This document shows, piece by piece, positions 35,529 to 44,230 of a stretch of DNA of 44,230 nt. The stretch is from an uncultured Rhodopirellula sp. (GTDB lineage Bacteria; Planctomycetota; Planctomycetia; Pirellulales; Pirellulaceae): positions 1-44,230 of the forward strand of contig CAXGAI010000041.1 of NCBI GenBank assembly GCA_964007735.1, given 5' to 3'. The notes beneath the pieces are model-generated. The model was not told where the DNA came from. It ran no database searches and saw only the letters and a program-made list of their open reading frames with translations. Made by a program: the position numbers and the translations under genes. Within the stretch, counting starts at the first letter, position 1, and the number at the start of each line of letters is the position of its first letter.

Positions 35529-37988
35529 TCAGTTTCTCTGAAACGTTTCACTGGTAACGATCAATTGGATCAGATCGCGCAGGCCGTTGTTTTCATCGAG
35601 CTGAGCTAGAATGTGATCAATCTCGGGCCGGTCGTTAATGCCAAGTTGGCGACCGAGCGCATAAGTCAAAAGCTTTTCAGTAAGACAACGGTTAAACTGA
35701 TCTTTTCGCATCAGAAGTAGCCGTCGAAATTCCGGAAGTGTTGTAAAGCCGCCTCCCCCCGGAAGTTTGCCGGCGGCGTCGATGTCCAGGTTCCCCTTGT
35801 ATTTCTCACGCCACTTGCCAACCGCATCAAAATTTTCTAACGCGAATCCAAGCGGGTCAATCTTTCGGTGGCATTCAGCGCAGGTGGTATTACCCCGATG
35901 TTTTTCAAGGAGTTCCCGAATGCTGGAGGCCCCACGAATGTCGGGTTCAACAGCCGGTACATCTGGGGGCGGAGGAGGTGGCGAATAACCAAGAAGTTTC
36001 TCAAGGACATAAATTCCTCGAACGACAGGAGAAGTGTCAACGCCATTGGCCGATGCGGTCAGGAAGGAGCCGTGACCTAGTATTCCCCCGCGTTGGTGAG
36101 CGTTGAGTTCAACGCGTTGAAGATGATTGCCCTGCACATCAGTAATGCCGTAATGTAAGGCCAGTTCACGATTTAGAAATGAGTAGTTGGCATCGAGAAA
36201 CTCACTTAGCGGGAGATTGTTCTTCATAATATGATTGAAAAACGACTCGGTTTCTTCTCGCATAGCTTGTTCAAGGTTATCCCGATAATACACAAGAAAA
36301 TCTTCTGCCGGAGGCATGGTGCCGATGTTATCTAAATCCAACCAACGCCTAACGAAATGCTGAACAAATCGGCTTGCTCGAGGGTCATCGAGCATGCGAA
36401 TTACCTGTTCTGCAAGATTGTGTTTTAATTGGCCGGCAGCAGCCATTTCTAATAGCCGGGTATCCGGTGGCGACGACCAAAGAAAATAAGAAAGTCGTGA
36501 AGCTAACGATATTTCGTCTAAGTCCCCCTCTCCTAAGTTTAGATAGAGAAAGCCTGGTGAACATAAAATCGCCTGGCAGCCGATTTGGTAGGCGATTAAT
36601 GGTTCCACTCCTTGCTTAAGTTTATCTTCGACTAACGCGAGGAAGGGCTCCAATTCACCAGCGGTAGGAGGACGACGGAACGCATGTGTAGCGAAAGATT
36701 TAATCTGAGAATGCAAGGCCGTAAGTCCCATTTGCTCTGGCTCGAGACCGCCGTAAAGTGCCTGATGTCCGCTCGGAGGCCAGCTGTCTAGATGGGGACC
36801 GTCCACCTGAACTTCCCAAATGCGGAGACGTGGTCCTTGATATGCTTTTAAGACGCCATGTGATTTCTCATTACCTCCTTTCATCCCGATAAACGGGCGA
36901 AAGTCTTCTAGGTCATACTGGGGAAGCGTAAGAACACGGACCATTCGCTTTGCGGCTAGAGGACCGTTTCGAAAGCGAACTTCGGGCTCAAAACCGGCCT
37001 CAAGATAGACATCCCATTCGAACCATTCAGGTTGAGTGTTCGTGAGCTCAATACGCGCTAGCGAGACCATCCTGGAAACATTGCCCGTGCTTTCGACACT
37101 CCCCCGGCGATCGACACCGGCAATTTCCATCACCAGGGGATCTCCGTTGCGAAAATCGCCCAAGGCATCTCCATATTCGTGAACTCTGGAAATGGCTGCG
37201 GCTTTAACGCGGATAGTGTAAATCCCACTATGAGAAACCCCCCCCAGGTTATAAAGAGGGAGGAATCCGATATGCCCACCACGATAATGTCGCCCGTATA
37301 AATCGGTGTAGGGCGTATCCGGTATGAAACGGAAACGGTCGACCTGAAATAGCTTGACCAGTCCGACGGCCTCTTTACCGCTGAAGTAGAATGGTGATTT
37401 CTGAGCATAATGCTTTGTCTCCGGACGCGCCTTAAAATGAGTGGCTCGTCGTATAGCCTCTTCAGCGGCCTCAAAGTAATGCTCCATGAGCCTACCGGAA
37501 GTAACAAGTTCAGCTCCGTTATTGTCGAATCCGTCCACCCTGACTTCCTCCGGAAAATCTTCAGCTGGATTCCAGACGTCAACGTTGAGTCCCAGTAGTT
37601 CTCCAAGTGTTTGTCGATATTCCCATGAATTCAAACGGCGGAGGATACTATGCCCGCCGCGGCTCTGCAGTTTAGTGCGTGCCCGGCCAATGCGATTTGT
37701 GTAAAACTCAATGGCTAGGGCTCGTTCTTGAGCTGTTGGTTGCAATTCAGTTTCCGGAGGCATCGACTCCAAATTTAATTGGTCAACGACTTCCTGATAC
37801 CGCTCCAATTCACCAAGCGTTTTGATTTCATTGGATAAGTTGTCAAAACGTCGATCAGCTTTTTGTGTTTCCATGCCGTGGCATTTTACACAGTATTTGC
37901 CGAGGAAATCCGAAGGCTGCTCTTCAGCTTTAATAAATGAGCAGGACAGTACGTTAGCTACGATTATTAGCGATAGGAGTGTCTTCAT
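35529..37988 (-). CDS. Planctomycete cytochrome c protein with DUF1587/1595/1592/1588/1585 domains (copy 2)
   Basis: CVKCH, RRLNSWEY, LASRLSYFLWSSPPD, TSPVVRG, CAECHRKIDPLG and YALGR. Confidence 0.92.
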   Translation of the reverse strand: MKTLLSLIIVANVLSCSFIKAEEQPSDFLGKYCVKCHGMETQKADRRFDNLSNEIKTLGELERYQEVVDQLNLESMPPETELQPTAQERALAIEFYTNRIGRARTKLQSRGGHSILRRLNSWEYRQTLGELLGLNVDVWNPAEDFPEEVRVDGFDNNGAELVTSGRLMEHYFEAAEEAIRRATHFKARPETKHYAQKSPFYFSGKEAVGLVKLFQVDRFRFIPDTPYTDLYGRHYRGGHIGFLPLYNLGGVSHSGIYTIRVKAAAISRVHEYGDALGDFRNGDPLVMEIAGVDRRGSVESTGNVSRMVSLARIELTNTQPEWFEWDVYLEAGFEPEVRFRNGPLAAKRMVRVLTLPQYDLEDFRPFIGMKGGNEKSHGVLKAYQGPRLRIWEVQVDGPHLDSWPPSGHQALYGGLEPEQMGLTALHSQIKSFATHAFRRPPTAGELEPFLALVEDKLKQGVEPLIAYQIGCQAILCSPGFLYLNLGEGDLDEISLASRLSYFLWSSPPDTRLLEMAAAGQLKHNLAEQVIRMLDDPRASRFVQHFVRRWLDLDNIGTMPPAEDFLVYYRDNLEQAMREETESFFNHIMKNNLPLSEFLDANYSFLNRELALHYGITDVQGNHLQRVELNAHQRGGILGHGSFLTASANGVDTSPVVRGIYVLEKLLGYSPPPPPPDVPAVEPDIRGASSIRELLEKHRGNTTCAECHRKIDPLGFALENFDAVGKWREKYKGNLDIDAAGKLPGGGGFTTLPEFRRLLLMRKDQFNRCLTEKLLTYALGRQLGINDRPEIDHILAQLDENNGLRDLIQLIVTSETFQRN

Positions 37989-37997
37989 ACTGGGTCC

Positions 37998-39245
37998 CTA
38001 GGCAATTTTCATTGGAGAGAAGGTTCCAGTGCTGCGTCCAAAACGTTCGGTATCGGAGCCGAACCAATTTAATACGGAGAGCCAGAGGTTGCATAATGGC
38101 ACACGTTTATGATGTTCTTCCGGACAGATTAGATGTCCTTGATGATCAAGACCGCCGCCTGCGAGCAGTACCGGCAAGTCGCGGTTACTGTGGATGGAAC
38201 CGTCACTCATACCGCTCCCAAAGACAATCAGAGTTTGATCGAAGATCTCAGCCTCTTTAAGCCGACTTATGAAATTGTTTAGTTTCCCTGTGAGAAATGA
38301 TTCCACTACCTTTAGCTGATCGATGCGATCTTCAGCTTTTCCGTGGTGTGAAAGTGCGTGATAACTTTCGAGATCTAACTCTGAAGTGCGAAATCCCAGT
38401 CCGGTCTCCAGAGTCGTAACGCGGGTGGAATCGGTTTGCAGTGCAAGAGCCATCAGTTCGTAGAACAACCCAACTTCATCGATCTGTTGCCGCTCTTCGT
38501 CTTGGATTTCCTGGATTGTTGCTTCGGGCTTAGGGCGGTTGATCCATTGGTTGGACATTTGCAACTGCCGTTCGACATCCCGTACTGAAGTCAAATACTG
38601 GTCTAGTTTGTTCTGATCTGCAGTGTTAAGGGTGCGGTTCAAAGCGGATGCGGATTCGCGCAACGCATCAAGAATGCTGGCGCGATACTTCAGTCGAGTT
38701 CGTTGGGCTTCGCGGGAACTGGTGGAAGCCTGGATAAACAGTCCCTGGAATAATTTAGCCGGATTGTTTACCGGGGGGATATGTACACCGGAGCGAGTCC
38801 AGCACATATCCGTTCCGTTTGTAATTCCTGTTGTGATGGAGGGAAATCGAGTGGCGTTACCGACATATTCTGCTGCCGCCTGATCCAGGGACATGTTCTT
38901 AGTTGGAAAGCCCGAGGCCTCTTCCTTTTTAATTCCATTCAAGAAACCCTGTACCGCTTTGTGGCCACCATTGAGTTGGTGATCCAGGTGGGAGAATACC
39001 GTCAGGTCATTCTGATGTGCCTCGAGGGGTTTGAGAGTCGAAGTAGGTGAATAGTCCTTACCGCCTGAAATCGGGAAGAAGTTGCCCGGGTAGAAACCCA
39101 AATGATTGCCAACGCATACCAATCGACGAGGACTCTGTTCGGAGGTAGTGGTGGCACAAGATAGACTTTCAAATGTTGGAATAGCCAACGCTATACTTGT
39201 TCCGCGAAGGAACCGACGACGACTGAGTGGGGCTTGATTGTTCAT
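37998..39245 (-). CDS. DUF1552 (HxxSHH) family protein (copy 2)
   Basis: LSRRRFL, KLDQYLTSVRDVE, YHALSHH and GSGMSDG. Start placed at MNNQ (39245); the ORF track starts at 39290. Confidence 0.92.
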   Translation of the reverse strand: MNNQAPLSRRRFLRGTSIALAIPTFESLSCATTTSEQSPRRLVCVGNHLGFYPGNFFPISGGKDYSPTSTLKPLEAHQNDLTVFSHLDHQLNGGHKAVQGFLNGIKKEEASGFPTKNMSLDQAAAEYVGNATRFPSITTGITNGTDMCWTRSGVHIPPVNNPAKLFQGLFIQASTSSREAQRTRLKYRASILDALRESASALNRTLNTADQNKLDQYLTSVRDVERQLQMSNQWINRPKPEATIQEIQDEERQQIDEVGLFYELMALALQTDSTRVTTLETGLGFRTSELDLESYHALSHHGKAEDRIDQLKVVESFLTGKLNNFISRLKEAEIFDQTLIVFGSGMSDGSIHSNRDLPVLLAGGGLDHQGHLICPEEHHKRVPLCNLWLSVLNWFGSDTERFGRSTGTFSPMKIA

Positions 39246-39484
39246 GGAATATATATACGCGGCGTTTTGACTTAAAGATAACCAAGACATGCTGTTTGTC
39301 TGAGATGATTGTAATGTCTACCCATATTAATTGAAGCATGGCATTTTGGGTAATGACCTTGATTGCTGCTAGACTTATTTAAGTAGATCGTCGTCTTTCT
39401 AGTTTTCCTTGAGTTCCTGTTAGTAAAGCCGTTTAACATGTCAAAGGTTATGATGCTAACGTTGATCATAATCAGAGTAAAAAT

Positions 39485-41941
39485 ATGATGTTTAATCGCC
39501 ATATAAAGCAGTTTGGGTTTTTCCTTTGCCTGCTATCGATGATCCTGACCTGTTCTGCCTTCCCGAAGAACAATATGGCTGCTGAATTGTGGGCGCGTAA
39601 CACGGAAACTCCATTTGCCTACGTGCCAGGAAGTGAACGCTCGTGGCAACTGACGGACCACCCGCTAAACGCGGGTGAGACAATAAGCTATACAACTGAA
39701 GTGCCCGAAGGAATGGAGGTTTCGCTTTCCCCTTCCGGCAAGCTTAGCGTAAGGGCCGCCAACGAGATTCGACGCAAGCTCGAACTGGAGATTGAGTTAA
39801 GAGGAATCGATAGTGCTCATGGAAGGCAAACTCTTAGGCTGTTGCCAGCACCTCCAACTCGCCCGATAAGTTATCTTTCGGATCAGGTCGACGACTTAAT
39901 ACAGATCTTTCGCGATCCCTCAACCGGGAGATGGCGACCGATAACAAGAGACGCGTTTGACCAGTATTTTCGGCGGCTCCAATGCCATGGAGTTCACCGA
40001 TTAATCGTTTGGCCGAGCGCCTTTCCAACCATCAGTAAACCGGAGAATTATGGAAAAGAAAACTGGGCTCGCTTTGAGAAACAGGCGCGAGCCATCCTTG
40101 AAAATGATGAACTAAATCAAATTCTTTACGGAGAACAGTCCTATGCTCCGTATCAATGGCACGGACTGTTAATGCGTTTTCGACTGAATCCTGAATGGGG
40201 CCAAATGTTTGCTAAAAGTGCCGCGGATCATGGAGTAGCGCTTACGGTCAGTTACCGACCGTTTGAACACGCATTGATGAAATATTACGTGATTCCTGTA
40301 TTTGATTTCGATGGTAAGTACCTGTGGGATTTTCTTCCCGGAGCTAACCCCAAAGTGAATTTTCAACCGCAGGATGTAGGATTTGCTCACTACCGTACCA
40401 TTCTCGAGGCTAACGGGGAGGCAGATCATACAAGGTTAAAAAGTCTGACATTAAAGTCTATTGCCGAGTCCCCTGCTCTCGAACTTACACAAAAACATCT
40501 GCGAGTGTTTGCCGCTCAAGTGCCGCCAATAGCAAAAGATTCGTTTGTGCTCCAAAGAAACAGAGACGGTACCTTCCAGTTAATAAGGTTTAGTGAGGTT
40601 GCTGATTTAGTGGAGTCACACCTTACGGAGCTTCATCACTGGTCTCTAAGGTGCAATCAGGATGGCTCAATTCGTATCGAAAACTTAAAACGTCCTCGCG
40701 ACCACAGGTATCTTCTGATCCGCCCTGGGATGGAAAGCGGGCCGGAATTGCAATTGCCGGTGGAATTACCTGTGTCGGCTGAGTCTGAGGCAGGGTCTGT
40801 CATTGGCAGGATCAATGCGCATTGGTCGTTTGCAGATACGACTGCCGAGAATGCAGCAACACGTATTGCCGGCATTACTGCGGAGGGTAGTTATCGTACA
40901 GATTTCCAGGCAATCGAAAACAGCTTTGTACTCGTGCGACGTAGTGGGCAACCGTTGAAATCTCTTGGCGATGATCAGATCGTGATTGATTTCGGTGCTG
41001 ATTGGTCGCCGGAAATGATGGATTATAATCGCGCGGCATCCCGGCGGTTGGCGGTTAGCGAACTTAGCACAATTCTGGCCTCCCCGGCCTTCGACGAAAT
41101 CGTTATTAACACTCGAACACACACGCAATTAGCCGGTTCGAGCGGTGACGGAGAACTTGGCGTGCAAACGCTCGCTCATCACCGTCGCCGCAGCAAAAAC
41201 TACTTCCACTTGGGAATCGACAGGGCGTATGCGCCTCAGGCTGCTGGCCAGATTAGCATTTTACGAGAGCTCATTAAAAAAGGTGACAACACGTCTCTTG
41301 AGAAAATATCGACATGGACCCCGGGGGAGTGGATGGGGACCTGTCAGAGAGAAGCCGACGGCCACATCTGGCGTTTTGCACGTAATCAGGCCATTGCCAA
41401 TGGGGTTCAGTTGTTGCTGATGGATTTGGAGGAGGAGTTTCCCGAGACACGGATTCGGGTGATGATCCCGCCACGCGACGTGGTCGAGAACGATGTAAAA
41501 GCGGGCCTGTCAGACCTTGCGCACCCTCAGCATGGAAAATACGACGCTAACTATTATCGTTACCTTTGTTCAGGCATTAACCATATACCGGCCATTGGCG
41601 AAGGTATGAGTATGCTAAATCTTAGCGGTCTTCGTGTTGAGCCAATGTTTTTGGGATTGCGGGACCTGCCTGATCAGGGTCCGATATCGATTTTCGTTGA
41701 CGCCTACCAAAAAGATCAGTCGGATAATCACGGAAGTAAATTTCGCGGTGCCAAGAGTTTTTTTTACGAGGCGCAGTATACACTCCGATTTCCGGATAAG
41801 GAGGCTGCTAAGATACGGCGGGAAGAGATCATTCGTGGGCTACTTACTGAACCTGATATTAGTGAGGTGATTCTTTATGAGGCGGCGAATTGGCTTTATT
41901 CCCTCCCCGTCCATGACCCACACCAATACCTTAATAAATGA
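39485..41941 (+). CDS. Large secreted hypothetical protein, possibly a glycoside hydrolase-like TIM barrel
   Basis: 818-aa ORF with a signal peptide; segments GVHRLIVWP, VSYRPFEH and FDEIVINTRTH; ATGA overlap with the next gene. The fold is an inference. Confidence 0.7.
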   Translation: MMFNRHIKQFGFFLCLLSMILTCSAFPKNNMAAELWARNTETPFAYVPGSERSWQLTDHPLNAGETISYTTEVPEGMEVSLSPSGKLSVRAANEIRRKLELEIELRGIDSAHGRQTLRLLPAPPTRPISYLSDQVDDLIQIFRDPSTGRWRPITRDAFDQYFRRLQCHGVHRLIVWPSAFPTISKPENYGKENWARFEKQARAILENDELNQILYGEQSYAPYQWHGLLMRFRLNPEWGQMFAKSAADHGVALTVSYRPFEHALMKYYVIPVFDFDGKYLWDFLPGANPKVNFQPQDVGFAHYRTILEANGEADHTRLKSLTLKSIAESPALELTQKHLRVFAAQVPPIAKDSFVLQRNRDGTFQLIRFSEVADLVESHLTELHHWSLRCNQDGSIRIENLKRPRDHRYLLIRPGMESGPELQLPVELPVSAESEAGSVIGRINAHWSFADTTAENAATRIAGITAEGSYRTDFQAIENSFVLVRRSGQPLKSLGDDQIVIDFGADWSPEMMDYNRAASRRLAVSELSTILASPAFDEIVINTRTHTQLAGSSGDGELGVQTLAHHRRRSKNYFHLGIDRAYAPQAAGQISILRELIKKGDNTSLEKISTWTPGEWMGTCQREADGHIWRFARNQAIANGVQLLLMDLEEEFPETRIRVMIPPRDVVENDVKAGLSDLAHPQHGKYDANYYRYLCSGINHIPAIGEGMSMLNLSGLRVEPMFLGLRDLPDQGPISIFVDAYQKDQSDNHGSKFRGAKSFFYEAQYTLRFPDKEAAKIRREEIIRGLLTEPDISEVILYEAANWLYSLPVHDPHQYLNK

Positions 41942-43371
41942 GAAACTCAATGGCCGTCGATAAACCCGTCAATTTGCTTGTCGAGATGTTTGTTCTCTGT
42001 TGTTTTTTCTCGATTCCTGTTAGTGCCGCAGAGGATGCGATTAGGATCGGGAACACTCCGCAACTGTTTGTGGATGATTATTTGATCGCGAGCATGGAGA
42101 CTCTGCGGCGCGTTGATCACCAGGCGATGAAGCTAAATGGCGGGGAACCAATTTTTACAGGCGGAAAATTTTATGGAACGGTCTTGCATGATCAGGGCAG
42201 GTTTAAGATGTGGTGGCGACACGATGACTTATCCGGGTACTCGTACGCCGAATCCTACGATGGCATAAAATTTGAAACCAAGGCGAAGATATCGGGAATA
42301 CCGTATGCTGGCGACGTAAATTTAGCTGTGGAAGTCGATCCGAATTCCCCGAGTAAAGCCTCGCGTTATGTTGCAGGATATGATGCTCCCGGTATGGCGG
42401 CAGGAATAGCCGTGTCATCCGATGGTGTGAGGTGGATTGCCTTAAATGACGGAAAGCGAGTGACTCATCGTGCGGCCGACACTTATAACCAGATCCTGTG
42501 GGACCCAAAAGCCCGGCATTATAAACTGTTAACCCGAACCGACTTTGGCTCAGCCGGAGGGGGCGGTGAAGTGCGTGGTCACCGAGTGATGACGAATCCT
42601 AATCTTCACGATGATCCGGAAAACTGGACCCTTCAGAGGGAATGGATTTTTGATAAACAAGGTGCCTCTGAAATTCAGAGACGACAAATTTATGCCCTGA
42701 CGGACTGGATTTATCACGGTCAGCATTTCGCCTTGATGAGCGTCTATGAACATATCGACGATTTCAGTGAGGGTGCTCAGAATAAAATGGCGAGGCACGA
42801 CAAGGATATTATGAATGTCTATTTAGGGACCAGTCGGGATGGAATGAATTGGGACGATCGTTTGGTTTACGAGCAACGCCCGTTGATCCAACGCGGGGGG
42901 CGGGGAAGCTTTGATAATGGTATTGTGCTGGCCGCTTCGAGTATCGTGACACATGCGAATCGTCATTGGATCTATTATTGTGGCTGGAATGAACGTCACG
43001 GGAATCCACAAAATCAACGGGAAAGAGATTCGGCGATAGGCGTGGCGACGATGAGGCTCGAAGGTTTTCGTTCCCTTCACGCCGGCCCTCAGGAAGGAGT
43101 CATGGAAACCAAACCGTTTGTAGTTGACGGTTCACAGATGCTTCTTAATCTGTTTGCTAAAAAAGGAAAAGTGGAAGCCGAGTTGCTTGATGAGCAAGGT
43201 AAACCTATCTCGGGATTTAGTGGCAGGCAGGCAGCGGTATTGCAAGAAGTGGATGAAGTAAGAGCCCCTGTGGTTTGGAGAACATCCCTTCAGGAATTAA
43301 ACGGTAGAACGGTGGTACTGCGGCTCACGATGAAGAATTCGGATGTTTATGCCATGATGATTGTAAAATAA
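41938..43371 (+). CDS. Secreted five-bladed beta-propeller glycosidase-like protein (GH32/GH130-related)
   Basis: QLFVDDYLI, repeated Asp-box-like AESYDG / VSSDG / TSRDG segments, GSFDNG, WIYYCG and IGVATMRLEGF. Confidence 0.72.
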   Translation: MRNSMAVDKPVNLLVEMFVLCCFFSIPVSAAEDAIRIGNTPQLFVDDYLIASMETLRRVDHQAMKLNGGEPIFTGGKFYGTVLHDQGRFKMWWRHDDLSGYSYAESYDGIKFETKAKISGIPYAGDVNLAVEVDPNSPSKASRYVAGYDAPGMAAGIAVSSDGVRWIALNDGKRVTHRAADTYNQILWDPKARHYKLLTRTDFGSAGGGGEVRGHRVMTNPNLHDDPENWTLQREWIFDKQGASEIQRRQIYALTDWIYHGQHFALMSVYEHIDDFSEGAQNKMARHDKDIMNVYLGTSRDGMNWDDRLVYEQRPLIQRGGRGSFDNGIVLAASSIVTHANRHWIYYCGWNERHGNPQNQRERDSAIGVATMRLEGFRSLHAGPQEGVMETKPFVVDGSQMLLNLFAKKGKVEAELLDEQGKPISGFSGRQAAVLQEVDEVRAPVVWRTSLQELNGRTVVLRLTMKNSDVYAMMIVK

Positions 43372-43420
43372 TAACGGTATGTTAAGCCGAGCGTTGGTCA
43401 CTGAGTATCATTGCGGCTGT

Positions 43421-44230
43421 ATGCGTCAGCAGCTTTTATGGAAGGGGAGTTTTGGTTTGGTACTTCGAGTCTACATGCATTTGTTATTGTTCACGCTGTT
43501 TGCACCCGCGGTCGTCGCCGTCGGCGATGATTCAGAATCTATGCCGGGAGTCTCTATTTCCGAAGCAGCCGCATTCGATTTGCGTGACAGATGGGTGAAA
43601 GACAATTTCTCGCACGATAGAAACGTTCCCTTTTCGTTTCTTTACGACGGCGTCCAATCTTCACAAGTGATTTCCGACTGGAAGTTTCATTCTGAACGTT
43701 TCGAAGTTAACCCACAGAAAACTCAGAGAACTCTCCGCTATCGTGATCCGGATAGCGGCCTTGAGATTCGATTAGAGGCCACGATATTTAAATCGCATCC
43801 AGCCATTGAGTGGGTCATTAGAATCAAAAATACAGGTTTAATTGAAACGCCTGTCATTTCTGAACTGATGGCCCTGGACTCGGTGTTTGGGGCGCAGGAT
43901 TCCAGCTTTCTCCTCCATTATGCCAGAGGTGTGGGAGAGGGGGTGTCTGCGAAGGCGACCGATTTAGGTCCGGTGCGAAAAGCGTTGAACCCTAAGTCAA
44001 CGCTCAGGATGTCGTCAATGCACGGTCGCCCATCCTGGGGAGATAGCCTGCCCTTTTTTAATTTGGAAATGGTCAGCGAGGGATCCAGGCAGGGAGTAGT
44101 GATGGGGATTGGCTGGACAGGACAATGGCACGCATCGTTTCGCCGCGAGGATGATTCCGTTCAGCTCCAGGCCGGCATGGAAGGTACCCACCTTAAGCTT
44201 TTCCCTGGTGAGGAAATACGGAGCCCCAAA
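43421..44230 (+). CDS. Alpha-galactosidase (GH36-like), N-terminal part; runs off the window and is absent from the ORF track
   Basis: Open frame from ATG 43421 (alternative ATG 43475): PFSFLYDG, PAIEWVIRIKNTG, LPFFNL, GIGWTGQW, QAGMEGTHLKLFPGEEIRSP. Confidence 0.8.
   Translation, partial: MRQQLLWKGSFGLVLRVYMHLLLFTLFAPAVVAVGDDSESMPGVSISEAAAFDLRDRWVKDNFSHDRNVPFSFLYDGVQSSQVISDWKFHSERFEVNPQKTQRTLRYRDPDSGLEIRLEATIFKSHPAIEWVIRIKNTGLIETPVISELMALDSVFGAQDSSFLLHYARGVGEGVSAKATDLGPVRKALNPKSTLRMSSMHGRPSWGDSLPFFNLEMVSEGSRQGVVMGIGWTGQWHASFRREDDSVQLQAGMEGTHLKLFPGEEIRSPK

Noticed and set aside
1..44230. Many 60-170 aa ORFs nested in or antisense to long genes; also CRISPR arrays, tRNA/rRNA, IS elements and prophage genes
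   Set aside because: The nested ORFs lack motifs and overlap well-supported genes. I saw no spaced direct repeats, cloverleafs, transposase or integrase motifs by eye.

Overview
Bacterial genomic DNA, very likely from a planctomycete (Pirellulales-like). This is inferred from a PVC-type CxxCH heme-binding dehydrogenase, two DUF1552/DUF1592 gene pairs, a sulfatase-fold protein and many secreted hydrolases. The window holds about 28 protein genes. I recognised no rRNA, tRNA, CRISPR array or mobile element. Main observations: (1) a hidden selenoprotein: a lipoprotein HMA/CopZ-like gene (17794-18111, minus) whose metal motif reads GMT-UGA-NGC, with a SECIS-like hairpin after the UGA and a terminator after the read-through stop; (2) an operon encoding a DUF4198-like/double-Kelch/EF-hand protein, an ApbE-DUF2271 fusion and a PepSY-TM protein, with a perfect Fur-like palindrome spanning its promoter spacer and a Fes-like esterase gene downstream; (3) a sigma-54 island: one -24/-12 promoter precedes an unannotated 30-aa peptide, a terminator-like hairpin and a NagD-like phosphatase, with DUF3050 divergent, and a second convergent -24/-12 promoter precedes a long hairpin and an orphan ORF; (4) unusual enzymes: an exported MurI-like racemase, a serine-hydrolase/BPL_N/PPC-like fusion, a catalytically degenerate sulfatase, and a putative glycan locus with unclassified hydrolases ahead of a GH36 alpha-galactosidase. 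All family calls come from motif recognition by eye; no database searches were run.
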